Below are positions 10,299 through 20,087 of a DNA stretch of 64,000 bases, in pieces. The position numbers and the translations under genes were made by a program. Location of the stretch: positions 186,001-250,000 of the forward strand of contig JAHCIT010000002.1 in assembly GCA_026129095.1 (NCBI GenBank), in the 5' to 3' direction. The DNA comes from Deltaproteobacteria bacterium. GTDB taxonomy: Bacteria > JAGRBM01 > JAHCIT01. Below the pieces are notes generated by a model, which had not been told where the DNA came from, ran no database searches, and was given only the letters and a program-made list of their open reading frames with translations. Each line of letters starts with the position of its first letter. The stretch's first letter is position 1.

Positions 10299-10613
10299 AT
10301 GGATCTGGGACCGCCGAACCTGCCCTCGCGGAACCGCGCCTACGGGCTTTATGACTCCCCGCTGGGGCGGCGGCTCCTCCGGTCGCGGCGCCTGCTCCGG
10401 TCGCTGGAACAGGACCTCGCCGAGAATGGCGCCGTCCACGGATTCCGTGTCTCCGAAAATCCCGATCGCGGCGGATTCGACCTCACCATCCGGATGTCCT
10501 GCGAACCCGGCAGCTACCGCCGGACGACCTTCATCACCCGGGCCGAATACCGCTACCTGCTGGAAAACCCCAGCCTCGCGCCCCTGCTCCGCGCCGGCCG
10601 GTACCTGATGTAG
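10299..10613 (+). CDS. Hypothetical protein
   Basis: 104-aa ORF filling the gap between two minus-strand genes; from recall, SRNR...P.GR..LR..R.LRSL..D resembles a small myxobacterial conserved protein. Confidence 0.6.
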   Translation: MDLGPPNLPSRNRAYGLYDSPLGRRLLRSRRLLRSLEQDLAENGAVHGFRVSENPDRGGFDLTIRMSCEPGSYRRTTFITRAEYRYLLENPSLAPLLRAGRYLM

Positions 10614-11708
10614 CTATTTCCCGCCCGGCGGGACGAACCGCGGCGGATCGGTGATCCGCGGCCCCTGGTTCGGCGGGTAGTTTCCGCCCGAAGATCCGCC
10701 CTGGCCGAAATCACGGTAGGTGAACTCGATGGTGAACTGGTTGGCCTCGCGGCGGAGGTTGCGCTGGTAGGCGAACACGATCGACACGTTGGGGTTCTCG
10801 AACCCCGCGCCCATCGTCATGAGAAAGTCCCGGATGGCCGGCTCCCGCAGCACGCCGCCCCTCAGCAGCAGTTCCTTGACGGGTTCGGCCTCTATGCCGA
10901 CCAGGAATCCCGCGTCCAGATCGCTCGACCGGGTGAGGTCGGTAATGACGCCACCGGCACCGCGGAGCCACTCCAGCGGCGCGATGCTGCCCGTGATCTC
11001 CACGTTCCGGGCAAGGCGCTCCTTGTCTGTCCCGATGAGGTTGCGGCCCACGAGGGCCGCCGACAGGTTCCACAGGTTGGGCAGCGGGTCCATGTGCGCC
11101 GAGAAGGTGGCATCCACCACATGATCGCTGCCGCCTTCGATGGGGATATCCGTGCGGAGCCAGTTGACCGCCGCGCCCGCGTACAGCGGGATTCCGAACA
11201 GCGGATAGCCGTCGGCAATGCCTAGGGAAAGGTAGCTGTAACGGGGCGGCCGGATGTCCTTGCCCATGAAGCCGAACCCGGCGTCCGATTCCATGCTGTA
11301 GTAAAGCCCGGCGGCGAGCTCGGTCGTCACCGAATCGATCACCCCGATGTTGTACTGGTCGGAGCCGTCGGCATTTCGCTGGTAGCCGCCGCCGATTGAG
11401 AACATCTTGAGCCGCGCCAGGGCGGCGGGATTCAGCCGGACCAGAGCCGGATCGACGATCAGGCTCGCCCCCGCCCGGCCCATGCCGATGCTCCGGCCGC
11501 CGGGGGTAAGATCGAACTTCGGAACGCCGAGGCCGCCCAGGTATTCCTTGCCCGGATTCACGCAAACAGCGGGATCTTTGGATTCGAGCGTGCACGCGGG
11601 CGCCTGGGCCTGGAGCCGGGCCGGCAACAGCAGCGCCGCCAGCAGCATCAGGAAGGCAACGGGACACGAAACAAACTGACGGTGAAACCGGATCAACGGG
11701 GACTCCAT
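10614..11708 (-). CDS. Outer-membrane beta-barrel protein (PorV/FadL-like superfamily)
   Basis: Signal peptide ending LQAQA, GGRSIGMG...LNPAALA N-terminal motif, alternating beta strands, Pro/Gly tail; start uncertain. Confidence 0.6.
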   Translation of the reverse strand: MESPLIRFHRQFVSCPVAFLMLLAALLLPARLQAQAPACTLESKDPAVCVNPGKEYLGGLGVPKFDLTPGGRSIGMGRAGASLIVDPALVRLNPAALARLKMFSIGGGYQRNADGSDQYNIGVIDSVTTELAAGLYYSMESDAGFGFMGKDIRPPRYSYLSLGIADGYPLFGIPLYAGAAVNWLRTDIPIEGGSDHVVDATFSAHMDPLPNLWNLSAALVGRNLIGTDKERLARNVEITGSIAPLEWLRGAGGVITDLTRSSDLDAGFLVGIEAEPVKELLLRGGVLREPAIRDFLMTMGAGFENPNVSIVFAYQRNLRREANQFTIEFTYRDFGQGGSSGGNYPPNQGPRITDPPRFVPPGGK

Positions 11709-11866
11709 CCCGCCTGCCACTGCCGCGCTCCGCGAAAAAGCCCGGCCGAATGCCCTCCGGCCTATCGTGCCCAAGATACGGACTCCGGCGGAGAGTTTCA
11801 ACCGGCCGCCAGAGGATGCTATGCATAATGCTCCGGAAGCATTACGCAGGGAAAGGAGAAGGTCCG

Positions 11867-12781
11867 TTGCCGGGATTACGGAAAGTCAGGACGGCGGTCA
11901 TTCCCGTGGCGGGGCTCGGCACACGTTTTCTGCCGATCACGAAGTCGGTCCCGAAGGAACTTTTGCCGGTCCTGAGCCGCCCGACGCTTCATCTGATCTG
12001 CGAGGAGATACTCTCGGCCGGAATCCGCAACGTGGTGCTGGTATCCAGCCCCTCCAAGGGTGCGCTGGAGGACTACATCAGCCCCAAGCGCGTCCTCCGG
12101 GAGCACCTCCGGAAGGCGGGCAAGGATGAGCTTCTGGCGGGCTGGAAACGCAGCCTCGGCAGGCTCAGTTTCCGGGTGGTGTACCAGCGCAGGCCGCGGG
12201 GCCTCGGCCACGCGGTCCTCCAGGCGGCCCGCGCCGTGAAGGGTGCGCCCTTTGCCCTGCTGCTGCCGGACGAGATTTTTTTCCACGCCCCGGGAGAACA
12301 GACCGGACTGGCGAAACTCGTGCATCTCCACGAACGGGAAGAGGCGCTTGCCACGATCGCCGTGAAGAAAGTCCCGGCGGCGGACGTGAGCCGGTACGGC
12401 ATCGTCCGTCCGGCCGGAGCCGCACGGCCGGGCAGGCCCATGCTGGCCGCCGGAATGGTCGAAAAGCCGGAAACGAGGGCGGCACCCAGCCGCTATGCCA
12501 TCATCGGCCGGTACGTGATCGACCCCGCCGTCTTCGGCGAGCTCCGCAGGGCCCGGCCGGGAGCGGGCGGCGAGATACAGCTCACCGACGCGCTCGATTC
12601 CCTGTGCCGGAAGGGAAAGGTGCTGGCAACCGAGGTGCCCGGCGTCCGGTTCGACACCGGAGTCCCGCTGGGACTGGTGAAGGCGAATCTCTACGCCGCC
12701 TGGCAGAATCCCCGGCACCGGACGGAACTGAAGGCACTCCTTCACACGCTTGAAAAGTCCGCCCGTCAGGGACACCGTTAG
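11867..12781 (+). CDS. galU: UTP--glucose-1-phosphate uridylyltransferase
   Basis: AVIPVAGLGTRFLPITKSVPKELLP, GLGHAVL, VEKP, GEIQLTDAL; TTG start after AAGGAG. Confidence 0.93.
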   Translation: MPGLRKVRTAVIPVAGLGTRFLPITKSVPKELLPVLSRPTLHLICEEILSAGIRNVVLVSSPSKGALEDYISPKRVLREHLRKAGKDELLAGWKRSLGRLSFRVVYQRRPRGLGHAVLQAARAVKGAPFALLLPDEIFFHAPGEQTGLAKLVHLHEREEALATIAVKKVPAADVSRYGIVRPAGAARPGRPMLAAGMVEKPETRAAPSRYAIIGRYVIDPAVFGELRRARPGAGGEIQLTDALDSLCRKGKVLATEVPGVRFDTGVPLGLVKANLYAAWQNPRHRTELKALLHTLEKSARQGHR

Positions 12782-12787
12782 CCCCCG

Positions 12788-13045
12788 ATGCTGACCCTCT
12801 ACTACTACGACAGCTGCCCCTTCTGCCGCCGGGTGATCCGGGCAATCGACGAGCTGGGCATCCGCGGGCAGCTCCAGTACCGGAACATCCACGAAAGCCG
12901 TGAGGCCGCCAGCGAGATCCGGCACTACCAGAATGGCCGCTCGCAGGTTCCGATGCTGCTGATCGGCACGGTGCCGATGCTCGAATCGGAGGACATCATC
13001 GCCTATCTGCGGGAGCGCTTCGGCCAGAAGGCCGCAAGCCACTGA
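12788..13045 (+). CDS. Glutaredoxin
   Basis: CPFC active site, QVP, ESEDII. Confidence 0.85.
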   Translation: MLTLYYYDSCPFCRRVIRAIDELGIRGQLQYRNIHESREAASEIRHYQNGRSQVPMLLIGTVPMLESEDIIAYLRERFGQKAASH

Positions 13046-13070
13046 CGGCAAGGGAACCCGGCTGACCCCG

Positions 13071-14102
13071 ATGGCACGAAGCGAGGCACCCACCGCCGAC
13101 CAGGTGATGAAGGAAATCGAGGCCGGACGCATCCGCCCGGTCTACTATCTGGCGCCGCTCGGATCGGGCGATCCCGTGACCGAACCCTATTTCGTCCAGG
13201 AACTGCTCCGTGCGCTCCGGGAAGCCACCGTCCGCGACACGGCCGACTTCAACCTGGACCGTTTCGACGCCGCCTCGTGCGAACCCGACCGGATCACGGG
13301 CGCGGCGCAGACGTTCCCGATGATGGCAAAGCACCGGCTCGTGGTCGTCCGGAACGCAGAGAGACTGGACACCGAGGCCGGTCACGACGCCCTCATCCCC
13401 TACCTCGAACGGCCCGCCCAGAGCTCGGTCCTTGTCATGGAAGGCGACAAACCTGACGGGCGGCGGAAGTTCGCCAAGGCGCTCCAGGAAGGCGGAGCCT
13501 ATGTGGATGTCTCCCGCCCCAAGGAGGAAAAGCTGGGCTACTGGATCAGCCGCTTCGCCCGCCTGAGAAAACGCAAGGTGAGCGACGGGGCGGCGGGCCT
13601 GTTCATCGAGCGGATCGGCGCCGACATCACCGCCCTCGACCAGGCGATCGAGGTCGCCACGCTGGTCAGCCCGGACGCCGACACGATCTCCGAGGAGACG
13701 GCCCTTCAGGTGATCGCCCGCACGCGGGGGTACACGGCGTTCGAACTGTTCGACGCCATCACCGACCGCGACCTGGCTTCGGTCTATGTCATCCTGGACA
13801 AGCTGGCGGAGGGGGCGAATCCGGAATATCCGGCCATCATCGGCGGCCTGCACTGGAGCTTCCGGCAGATGCGGCGAATGAACGAGCTGAAGACGCGAGG
13901 GGTCTCCGGCGAGGAGGCCTGCCGCGAACTGAAGATATTCTTCAGGCGGGACGAGAAGATCCGGGCGGCGGCCAAGTGGCGGGGCGCCCCGTGGGACCGG
14001 CTGGCCGGGCGGTTCTACGAAGTGGACCGGCTGATCAAGGGCGCGCCCGTGGACCGGCGGCTGGTGGTCGAGAAACTGCTCACCGACATGGCACGGCGCT
14101 AA
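13071..14102 (+). CDS. holA: DNA polymerase III subunit delta
   Basis: PVYYL, DFNLDRFD, AQTFPMMAKHRLVVVR, FELFDAI. Confidence 0.85.
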   Translation: MARSEAPTADQVMKEIEAGRIRPVYYLAPLGSGDPVTEPYFVQELLRALREATVRDTADFNLDRFDAASCEPDRITGAAQTFPMMAKHRLVVVRNAERLDTEAGHDALIPYLERPAQSSVLVMEGDKPDGRRKFAKALQEGGAYVDVSRPKEEKLGYWISRFARLRKRKVSDGAAGLFIERIGADITALDQAIEVATLVSPDADTISEETALQVIARTRGYTAFELFDAITDRDLASVYVILDKLAEGANPEYPAIIGGLHWSFRQMRRMNELKTRGVSGEEACRELKIFFRRDEKIRAAAKWRGAPWDRLAGRFYEVDRLIKGAPVDRRLVVEKLLTDMARR

Positions 14103-14111
14103 GACAGGCAG

Positions 14112-15716
14112 ATGATTCCCGCACTGGCCGGTGGCATCGGCGTATTCCTGCTGGGCATGGTCCTGCTCACCGACGGGCTCAAGTCGCTGGCCGGCGGTGC
14201 CCTGCGGAGCATCCTTGCCCGGTTCACGCGGGGGCCGGTTTCCTCGATGGCATCGGGCGCGCTGGTGACGGTGCTGGCGCAGTCCTCCACGATCACGACG
14301 CTGGCCACCATCGGGTTCGTCAACTCGGGCCTGCTCAACTTTACCCAGGCGGTCGGCGTGATTCTCGGAGCGAATCTCGGCACCACCGCGACCGGCTGGA
14401 TGGTGCTTTACCTCGGCCTCAAGTTCAGCATCGTCAACGCGGCCATGCTGATGGTGGGTGCCGGAGCGCTGATGCGCCTTCTGGGGCGCGGACGCCTTGC
14501 CTCCGGAGGACTGGCCCTGGCGGGGTTCGGCCTCATCTTCGTCGGCATCGACATGCTCCAGACGGGCATGAAGCACCTGGGGAACGATTTCGACCTGAGC
14601 GGCTACGAGGCCGCCACAATCTGGGGAAGGGCGCTGCTGGTCGGCACCGGCGTGCTGATGACCGTGGTCATGCAGTCATCCAGCGCCGCAGTGGCCACCA
14701 CGCTCACCGCGCTTCATACCGGCGCCATCCAGCTCGACCAGGCCGCCGCGCTCGTCATCGGCCAGAACATCGGCACGACGGTCAAGGCTGCCCTGGCGGC
14801 GATAGGCTCCTCCACCGCCGCCCGGCGTACCGCCCTCGCCCATATCCTGTTCAACCTGCTGACGGGCACGGTTGCCCTGCTGGTATTTCCATTGTTCATG
14901 CATCTGAACCGGCTGATCGCCGGAGAGATCCTGCACGAAAGCGGCGCGATGGTGCTCGCCCTGTTCCACACCTCGTTCAACGTGCTGGGGATACTCCTCA
15001 TTTCACCGTTCCTGGGCCCCTTCGCACGGGTCATCGTCCGGCTTCTGCCCGAACGGGGACCGGCGCTGACGCGCCGCCTGGATGACAGCGTGACGGTGGT
15101 GCCCGCGCTGGCTGTCGAGGCCTCGCGCCACACCATCATGGACACGGCGGCAGAAGCCTCGCGGCTGGTCCGGGAGCGGGTACGTGGAACCCACCTGCCG
15201 GTGCTGCAGGAGGAGATCCATGCTGCCATGCAGGCGGTGGACGATACCCGGTCCTTCATCGGTCGGGCGCAGATGCACGATCACGAAGGCGGGCACTATG
15301 CCCGGTTCCTGTCACAGCTCCATGCTCTCGACCACCTTGGCCGGCTGCTCGGCGCGGTGCAGGAAACCCAGCCGGCAAGCATCATCGATTCCGTGGCGCC
15401 CCTTGGCGACGTGCGCGACCGGCTGGCCGCCGGTCTGGCAGGCCTGGAGGCCTGGCTTGGCGGACTGGACGGCACCTTCGATGCGGTGGAACCACTGCGG
15501 ACGCTCTCAACCGAGCTGGCGGAAATCCGGCGCACGCGCCGGGCACAGATACTGGAGCACACGGCCCGCGGGCGGATGTCGCCGCTGGACGCCGACGAGC
15601 AGCTCAAGGTGATGCAGTGGCTCGACCGGCTGACTTACCACATCTGGCGGATGAGCCATCACCTTGCCGGCAACGATACCACCGCCCGGCCGGATGGCCC
15701 GCTGCCAGCGGAATAG
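14112..15716 (+). CDS. Na/Pi cotransporter family protein
   Basis: Two QSSS-type repeats (AQSST, MQSSSAA), GANLGTT and GQNIGTT; helical C-terminus. Confidence 0.9.
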   Translation: MIPALAGGIGVFLLGMVLLTDGLKSLAGGALRSILARFTRGPVSSMASGALVTVLAQSSTITTLATIGFVNSGLLNFTQAVGVILGANLGTTATGWMVLYLGLKFSIVNAAMLMVGAGALMRLLGRGRLASGGLALAGFGLIFVGIDMLQTGMKHLGNDFDLSGYEAATIWGRALLVGTGVLMTVVMQSSSAAVATTLTALHTGAIQLDQAAALVIGQNIGTTVKAALAAIGSSTAARRTALAHILFNLLTGTVALLVFPLFMHLNRLIAGEILHESGAMVLALFHTSFNVLGILLISPFLGPFARVIVRLLPERGPALTRRLDDSVTVVPALAVEASRHTIMDTAAEASRLVRERVRGTHLPVLQEEIHAAMQAVDDTRSFIGRAQMHDHEGGHYARFLSQLHALDHLGRLLGAVQETQPASIIDSVAPLGDVRDRLAAGLAGLEAWLGGLDGTFDAVEPLRTLSTELAEIRRTRRAQILEHTARGRMSPLDADEQLKVMQWLDRLTYHIWRMSHHLAGNDTTARPDGPLPAE

Positions 15717-17525
15717 CTACCGGCTCAGGCCGGGCAGCTTGAGTCCCCCCGGAATGGGCAGGCTCCCTTTACCGGCACCCGCGCTCTTGATCGCCTCTTC
15801 AATCAGCTTTTCGCCTTCCTTCACCAGCGCCTCCAGATCCTTGTCGAGGCCCCCGATGATGCCGACCTTGGCCTGAAGTTCCTCAAGCGGTTTCTGCACG
15901 CGCTTCATGATCTCCGCCCGGAGCCGCTGCTCGAACTCCTTCACCAGTTCGGTGATGATCCGTCCGATCGCCTTTTCCAGGATTTCGTCCAGATTGGACC
16001 GGAGGATCAGGTCGTACTCCTCGGGACTCCCCCTGACCTCGGCCTCGATAAACAGCTTCTGGATGTCCCGGAGCGCCCCGTCCACGGCCTTGGCCACCGG
16101 GTTCTTCATCTGACCGAAGCCGGTCACGATCTCCACCGGCGTCATGTTGGCGGAGATCAGGCCGTTCACATGGCTCTTCAGGAACTCCATCTTGATGCTG
16201 ACGTCCGCATCGGCGCGCTTCAGGTCGATTGGCCAGCGGCCGTCCTTCGAGAGCGGCACGTCACGGAACTGGAAGCCCCGGCCCGACAGGGCGACGGTGT
16301 CCTTGGGGTCCCGGGGACGGGTGCGGTTGAACTCCATGTCGAGCGAGGCCTCGCGGATGAGCGTTTCGAGCTTCTCTCCCACCAGCCGGACAGTCAGCGG
16401 CGATCCCAGAATGGCCTGATTGTCCGTGACGTTACGGACGTCGCCGGTGAACTCGCCCACCTCTTCAACCTTGAGCGTCACCCGTGACTTCGAGATCAGG
16501 AAGTCCGGCAGCGGACGGCGTTCCTTGAACTTCACGTCCACGCCCTTGCCGCGCTCGGGCTTCTTCTCCTTCGGCGACTCCTCCTTGGGCTCCAGGTAGG
16601 GGGATATCCGTGCGTGCCACATGAACGCCTGCGACAGGTAGCTGGCGTAGGTGGGGCCCATGAAGGTTCTCGTGAGGTTCGTCAGCCCCTTGCCGGAGAG
16701 GTTGTACTTGTCCTTCAGCCGTTCGATATCCTCGAACGGCGCCTTGCGCGCCTCCTCGGCCCGCTTCTTCACCAGCTCAAGGGTTTTTTCCAGTTCCTTC
16801 CGGGCCTTCTCGATCTTGTCGATCTCGCCACGGATCTCCTGCGGAAGCTTTGCGGCGGTGGCCGCCGCCGTGATTGCCGCCGCCGATCCCGCCTTCATGT
16901 CCTTCTTGATCTTCTCGACCCGCGCCTTGTAGTCGTTGAAGGTTTTCTTGCCCGGCAGGTCGTTCTTGACCCGCTTCTCCCAGGCGTCCCGCTCGCTGTC
17001 CACTTCCGCCCGTATGGTTTCCACGAGGCGGACCGACGCCAGATCCTCATTCTTCAGGATCGCCATGACGTCGGGAACTTCCAGCGCCGGAAACTCCAGC
17101 GGACCGGTCTGCTTCACGACGAAATCGGTCACGGGCCGCGGAACCACGGTATCGATATTGCGCTTGGCCTCGCCCGAATATTTCCGCCTGGTGCCGAACT
17201 CCATCCCCTCGACCGACATGTCATCGATGTGGGTCTTGCCGAGCAGGAGCTGCCAGAAGTCCATCAGGAACGCGATGCGTTTGATCTCGACGGCGTTCTG
17301 CATCGGCTTGCCGGGATTCGTCACCTGCATCCGGGTGAGCGTGAGCCCCAAGGGAAAGAGCGACACGTCCGCCTTGTCCAGTTCCACCTTCGCGCCGACG
17401 GCAAACGTGCCCCAGTTCTCGATGTACCGCTCAACCCAGCGGTCGACGTAGACGAACCAGAACAGGCCGATGAGGCCGGTTACCGCGGCGAATGCGGCGA
17501 GTCCCTGCCAGCGGATCCACTTCAT
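15717..17525 (-). CDS. TIGR03545 family protein
   Basis: MKWIRWQGL N-terminal anchor, GAKVEL..ADVSLFPLGL..MQVTNP..PMQN, Lys/Glu coiled coil, GVDVKFKE..PLPDFLI, SNLD. Confidence 0.85.
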   Translation of the reverse strand: MKWIRWQGLAAFAAVTGLIGLFWFVYVDRWVERYIENWGTFAVGAKVELDKADVSLFPLGLTLTRMQVTNPGKPMQNAVEIKRIAFLMDFWQLLLGKTHIDDMSVEGMEFGTRRKYSGEAKRNIDTVVPRPVTDFVVKQTGPLEFPALEVPDVMAILKNEDLASVRLVETIRAEVDSERDAWEKRVKNDLPGKKTFNDYKARVEKIKKDMKAGSAAAITAAATAAKLPQEIRGEIDKIEKARKELEKTLELVKKRAEEARKAPFEDIERLKDKYNLSGKGLTNLTRTFMGPTYASYLSQAFMWHARISPYLEPKEESPKEKKPERGKGVDVKFKERRPLPDFLISKSRVTLKVEEVGEFTGDVRNVTDNQAILGSPLTVRLVGEKLETLIREASLDMEFNRTRPRDPKDTVALSGRGFQFRDVPLSKDGRWPIDLKRADADVSIKMEFLKSHVNGLISANMTPVEIVTGFGQMKNPVAKAVDGALRDIQKLFIEAEVRGSPEEYDLILRSNLDEILEKAIGRIITELVKEFEQRLRAEIMKRVQKPLEELQAKVGIIGGLDKDLEALVKEGEKLIEEAIKSAGAGKGSLPIPGGLKLPGLSR

Positions 17526-18043
17526 TTGACGATCCCCCAGCCCTGGGCCTTCTCATACAGCTGGTAGAAACTGGACGCCTTGAACGCCTTCATGATCTGG
17601 AGCCTGTTCACCCATTCAAGGAAATGCTCGCGGTATTTGCGGATCAGGAGGTTCGAGACGAGGAGCAGCGGGATGAATGCCGCCAGCGCGATGGAAACAC
17701 TCCCCATGACGACCGTGTTGTTGAAGCGGGCGATTCGCCAGACCGGCTGGTTGTAGAGATTCGTCCAGGTCTGCTGAAGCCCCTCGGCTGTCAGGATCGC
17801 CAGTCCCGCCTTATGGAACACCGGGTCGATCAGGTAGGCGATGCCGGAGCAGATGCCGAAGCTGAGCATGAAAGCCGACAGGTTGCACCGGATCACCAGC
17901 ACCATGAGCAGCACCAGAAGGTTGTGCAGGCTCATGAGCGGGCTGAACCCCATCAGCATGCCGAAGCAGAAACCCAGGGATATTTGTCCCGGTTCCGCGT
18001 CCGAATTGAGGACTTTCAGGAACTTGGCCAGAAGTGAAAGCAT
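17522..18043 (-). CDS. TIGR03546 (DUF2062-like) membrane protein
   Basis: LKVLNSDAEPGQISLG, FNNTVVMGS; 4-bp overlap with the TIGR03545 gene. Confidence 0.88.
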   Translation of the reverse strand: MLSLLAKFLKVLNSDAEPGQISLGFCFGMLMGFSPLMSLHNLLVLLMVLVIRCNLSAFMLSFGICSGIAYLIDPVFHKAGLAILTAEGLQQTWTNLYNQPVWRIARFNNTVVMGSVSIALAAFIPLLLVSNLLIRKYREHFLEWVNRLQIMKAFKASSFYQLYEKAQGWGIVK

Positions 18044-18088
18044 GGCCCCAACTGTAGCCCGTTAACTGGCTACAGCAAGGGGTGGCTT

Positions 18089-19888
18089 TCAGTCGAACTT
18101 CTCGTCGTAGAGCGCGTCCAGACGCGGCCGGTACAGCTCGGTAACGACCTTGCGCTTCACCTTCAGCGTCGGCGTGAGCTCCCCGGTGGCCTCGGAAAAG
18201 TCCCGGTCGGCCAGGATGAACTTCTTGATCGTCTCGTAGCTCGCCAGCTCCCGGTTCTTCTCCTCGACGATCCCGCCGATGAACGCATGGACCTTCTCGT
18301 TTTTCAGCAGGTCGGCGGGCTCGGCAAACTGGATGCCGCCCGCCTGGGCCCACTTGGCGACCTCCTCCAGGTTCGGGGCGATGACGGCCGTGAGGTATTT
18401 GCGGCGGTCGCCGAACACCATCACCTGCGAGATGTGCCGGTCGGTCTTGAGCAGGTTCTCGATGTTCTGCGGCGCGATGTTCTTGCCCGCCGCGGTGATG
18501 ATAAGATCCTTCTTGCGGTCGGTGATCTTGAGAAAACCGTCCGCATCCAGCTCGCCGATGTCGCCGGTATAGAACCAGCCCCCTTTAAGCACCTCGGCGG
18601 TGGCCTCCGGGTTCCGGTAGTAGCCTTGGAACACCGTCGGTCCCTGGAGGAGTATCTCCCCGTCGTCGGCGATTTTCACGCCCGCGCCCGGAACGGCCGG
18701 CCCCACCGTGCCGAACTTGTATTTCTCCTCGCGGTTCACGTTGGTCGCGGCGGTCGTTTCCGTGAGGCCGTAGCCCTCCAGTATCTTCACGCCGACGGCA
18801 TCGAAGAACTCGGCTATCTGGCGCGAGAGCGGCGCGCCGCCGGAGATGGCGAACCGGAGCCTGCCGCCCAGCTTCGATGTGATCTTGGAAAAGACGATCC
18901 TGCTGGCCAGCCGGTGCTGGAGGGCCAGGAGCCCCGCGGGCTGCTTTCCCTGCTGGCGGAGTTTCGATGCCTCCATGCCCACCGGAATCGCCCACCCGAA
19001 CAGGGCCTTCTTCACGGCGCTCTCGGCCACGCCGGCCTGTATCTTCGAGTAGACCCGCTCGTAGATCCGGGGCACCGAAAACATCATGGTCGGCCGGGCC
19101 TCGGTCAGGTTGTCGGCGATCTTCTCGATCGATTCGGCGAAATAGACCTGCCAGCCCATCTGGATCCCGGCGAACGATTCCACGCGCCCGAAGATGTGCG
19201 CGAGCGGAAGGAACGAGAGCACCACGTCGTCCTCCCCGGCCGTGACGCATTTCTGGAGCGCGTCCAGCTCGGACACGATGTTGGAGTGGCTGAGCATCAC
19301 GCCCTTGGGGTTGCCCGTGGTGCCCGACGTGTAGACGATGGTGGCGAGCCCGGCGGCCTTCACCTCGGCAAGGCCGTTTTCGTACGCTCCGGGCCGGCTC
19401 CGGGCGAACTCCGCGCCCTTTGCGCGGAGCTCCTCCAGCGTCAGGAACCCTTCGCCCTTCCCTTTTGCCGAATCGTCCATCGAGATGACGTACTTGAGCC
19501 CCGGACACCCGGCCCTGACCTGCCCGATCTTGCCGAGCGTCTCGCTGTTCTCGACAACGACCGCCTTCGATTCGGAGTCCTGGATGATCCAGGCCGCCGC
19601 CGGCGGAAGGTTCGACTGGTAGATCGGCACCGTGACGCCGCCCAGTCCCAGCACCGCCTGGTCGGTCTGGATCCATTCGATCCGGGTGTTGCCGAAAATC
19701 GCCACCCGGTCGCCAAGCCCGATGCCAAGGGCCCTCAGTCCCAGCGACAGTTCACGGACCGCCGCGCCGTGCCCGGCCCACGTTACCGGCTCCCACTTGC
19801 CGCCGGTCTTGGAAAAAAAGGCAGGTTTCCCGCCCGACTGCTTCACGCGCTCAACCAGACGGTGCGCGATGGTTTCCCCCTGAATCAT
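18089..19888 (-). CDS. Long-chain fatty acid--CoA ligase (FAA1/FadD15-like)
   Basis: YTSGTTGNPKG, FLPLAHI, EGYGLTET, TGDIG, DRKKDLI; start at ATG 19888. Confidence 0.92.
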   Translation of the reverse strand: MIQGETIAHRLVERVKQSGGKPAFFSKTGGKWEPVTWAGHGAAVRELSLGLRALGIGLGDRVAIFGNTRIEWIQTDQAVLGLGGVTVPIYQSNLPPAAAWIIQDSESKAVVVENSETLGKIGQVRAGCPGLKYVISMDDSAKGKGEGFLTLEELRAKGAEFARSRPGAYENGLAEVKAAGLATIVYTSGTTGNPKGVMLSHSNIVSELDALQKCVTAGEDDVVLSFLPLAHIFGRVESFAGIQMGWQVYFAESIEKIADNLTEARPTMMFSVPRIYERVYSKIQAGVAESAVKKALFGWAIPVGMEASKLRQQGKQPAGLLALQHRLASRIVFSKITSKLGGRLRFAISGGAPLSRQIAEFFDAVGVKILEGYGLTETTAATNVNREEKYKFGTVGPAVPGAGVKIADDGEILLQGPTVFQGYYRNPEATAEVLKGGWFYTGDIGELDADGFLKITDRKKDLIITAAGKNIAPQNIENLLKTDRHISQVMVFGDRRKYLTAVIAPNLEEVAKWAQAGGIQFAEPADLLKNEKVHAFIGGIVEEKNRELASYETIKKFILADRDFSEATGELTPTLKVKRKVVTELYRPRLDALYDEKFD

Positions 19889-19937
19889 GACTGCCGGACC
19901 CCCGTTTTCCCTGTAATAATGAACAGGGCCAACCGCG

Positions 19938-19950
19938 CTGGTTAGACCGG
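19938..19950. promoter_or_regulatory. Candidate FadR-type operator CTGGTTAGACCGG upstream of the acyl-CoA ligase
   Basis: 11/13 match to the core of the palindrome at 29887-29903; next to a minus-strand TTGACC at 19963-19968. Confidence 0.45.
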
Positions 19951-20012
19951 AACGGCGGAAAGGGTCAAACGGGCAAGCGCCCGCCCCTGACACCGGAGTC
20001 ACCAGACGGGAA

Positions 20013-20045
20013 CAGCCCGGTTTCCGCTGGCGGAAAACCGGGCTG
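20013..20045 (-). terminator. Stem-loop downstream of the SCP2 gene
   Basis: CAGCCCGGTTTCCGC..GCGGAAAACCGGGCTG near-perfect hairpin; no clear U-tract. Confidence 0.5.
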
Positions 20046-20087
20046 CGCCCTGCCAGAAAAGGCGGCGAGGCCGCCCGTCAGGCGAAG

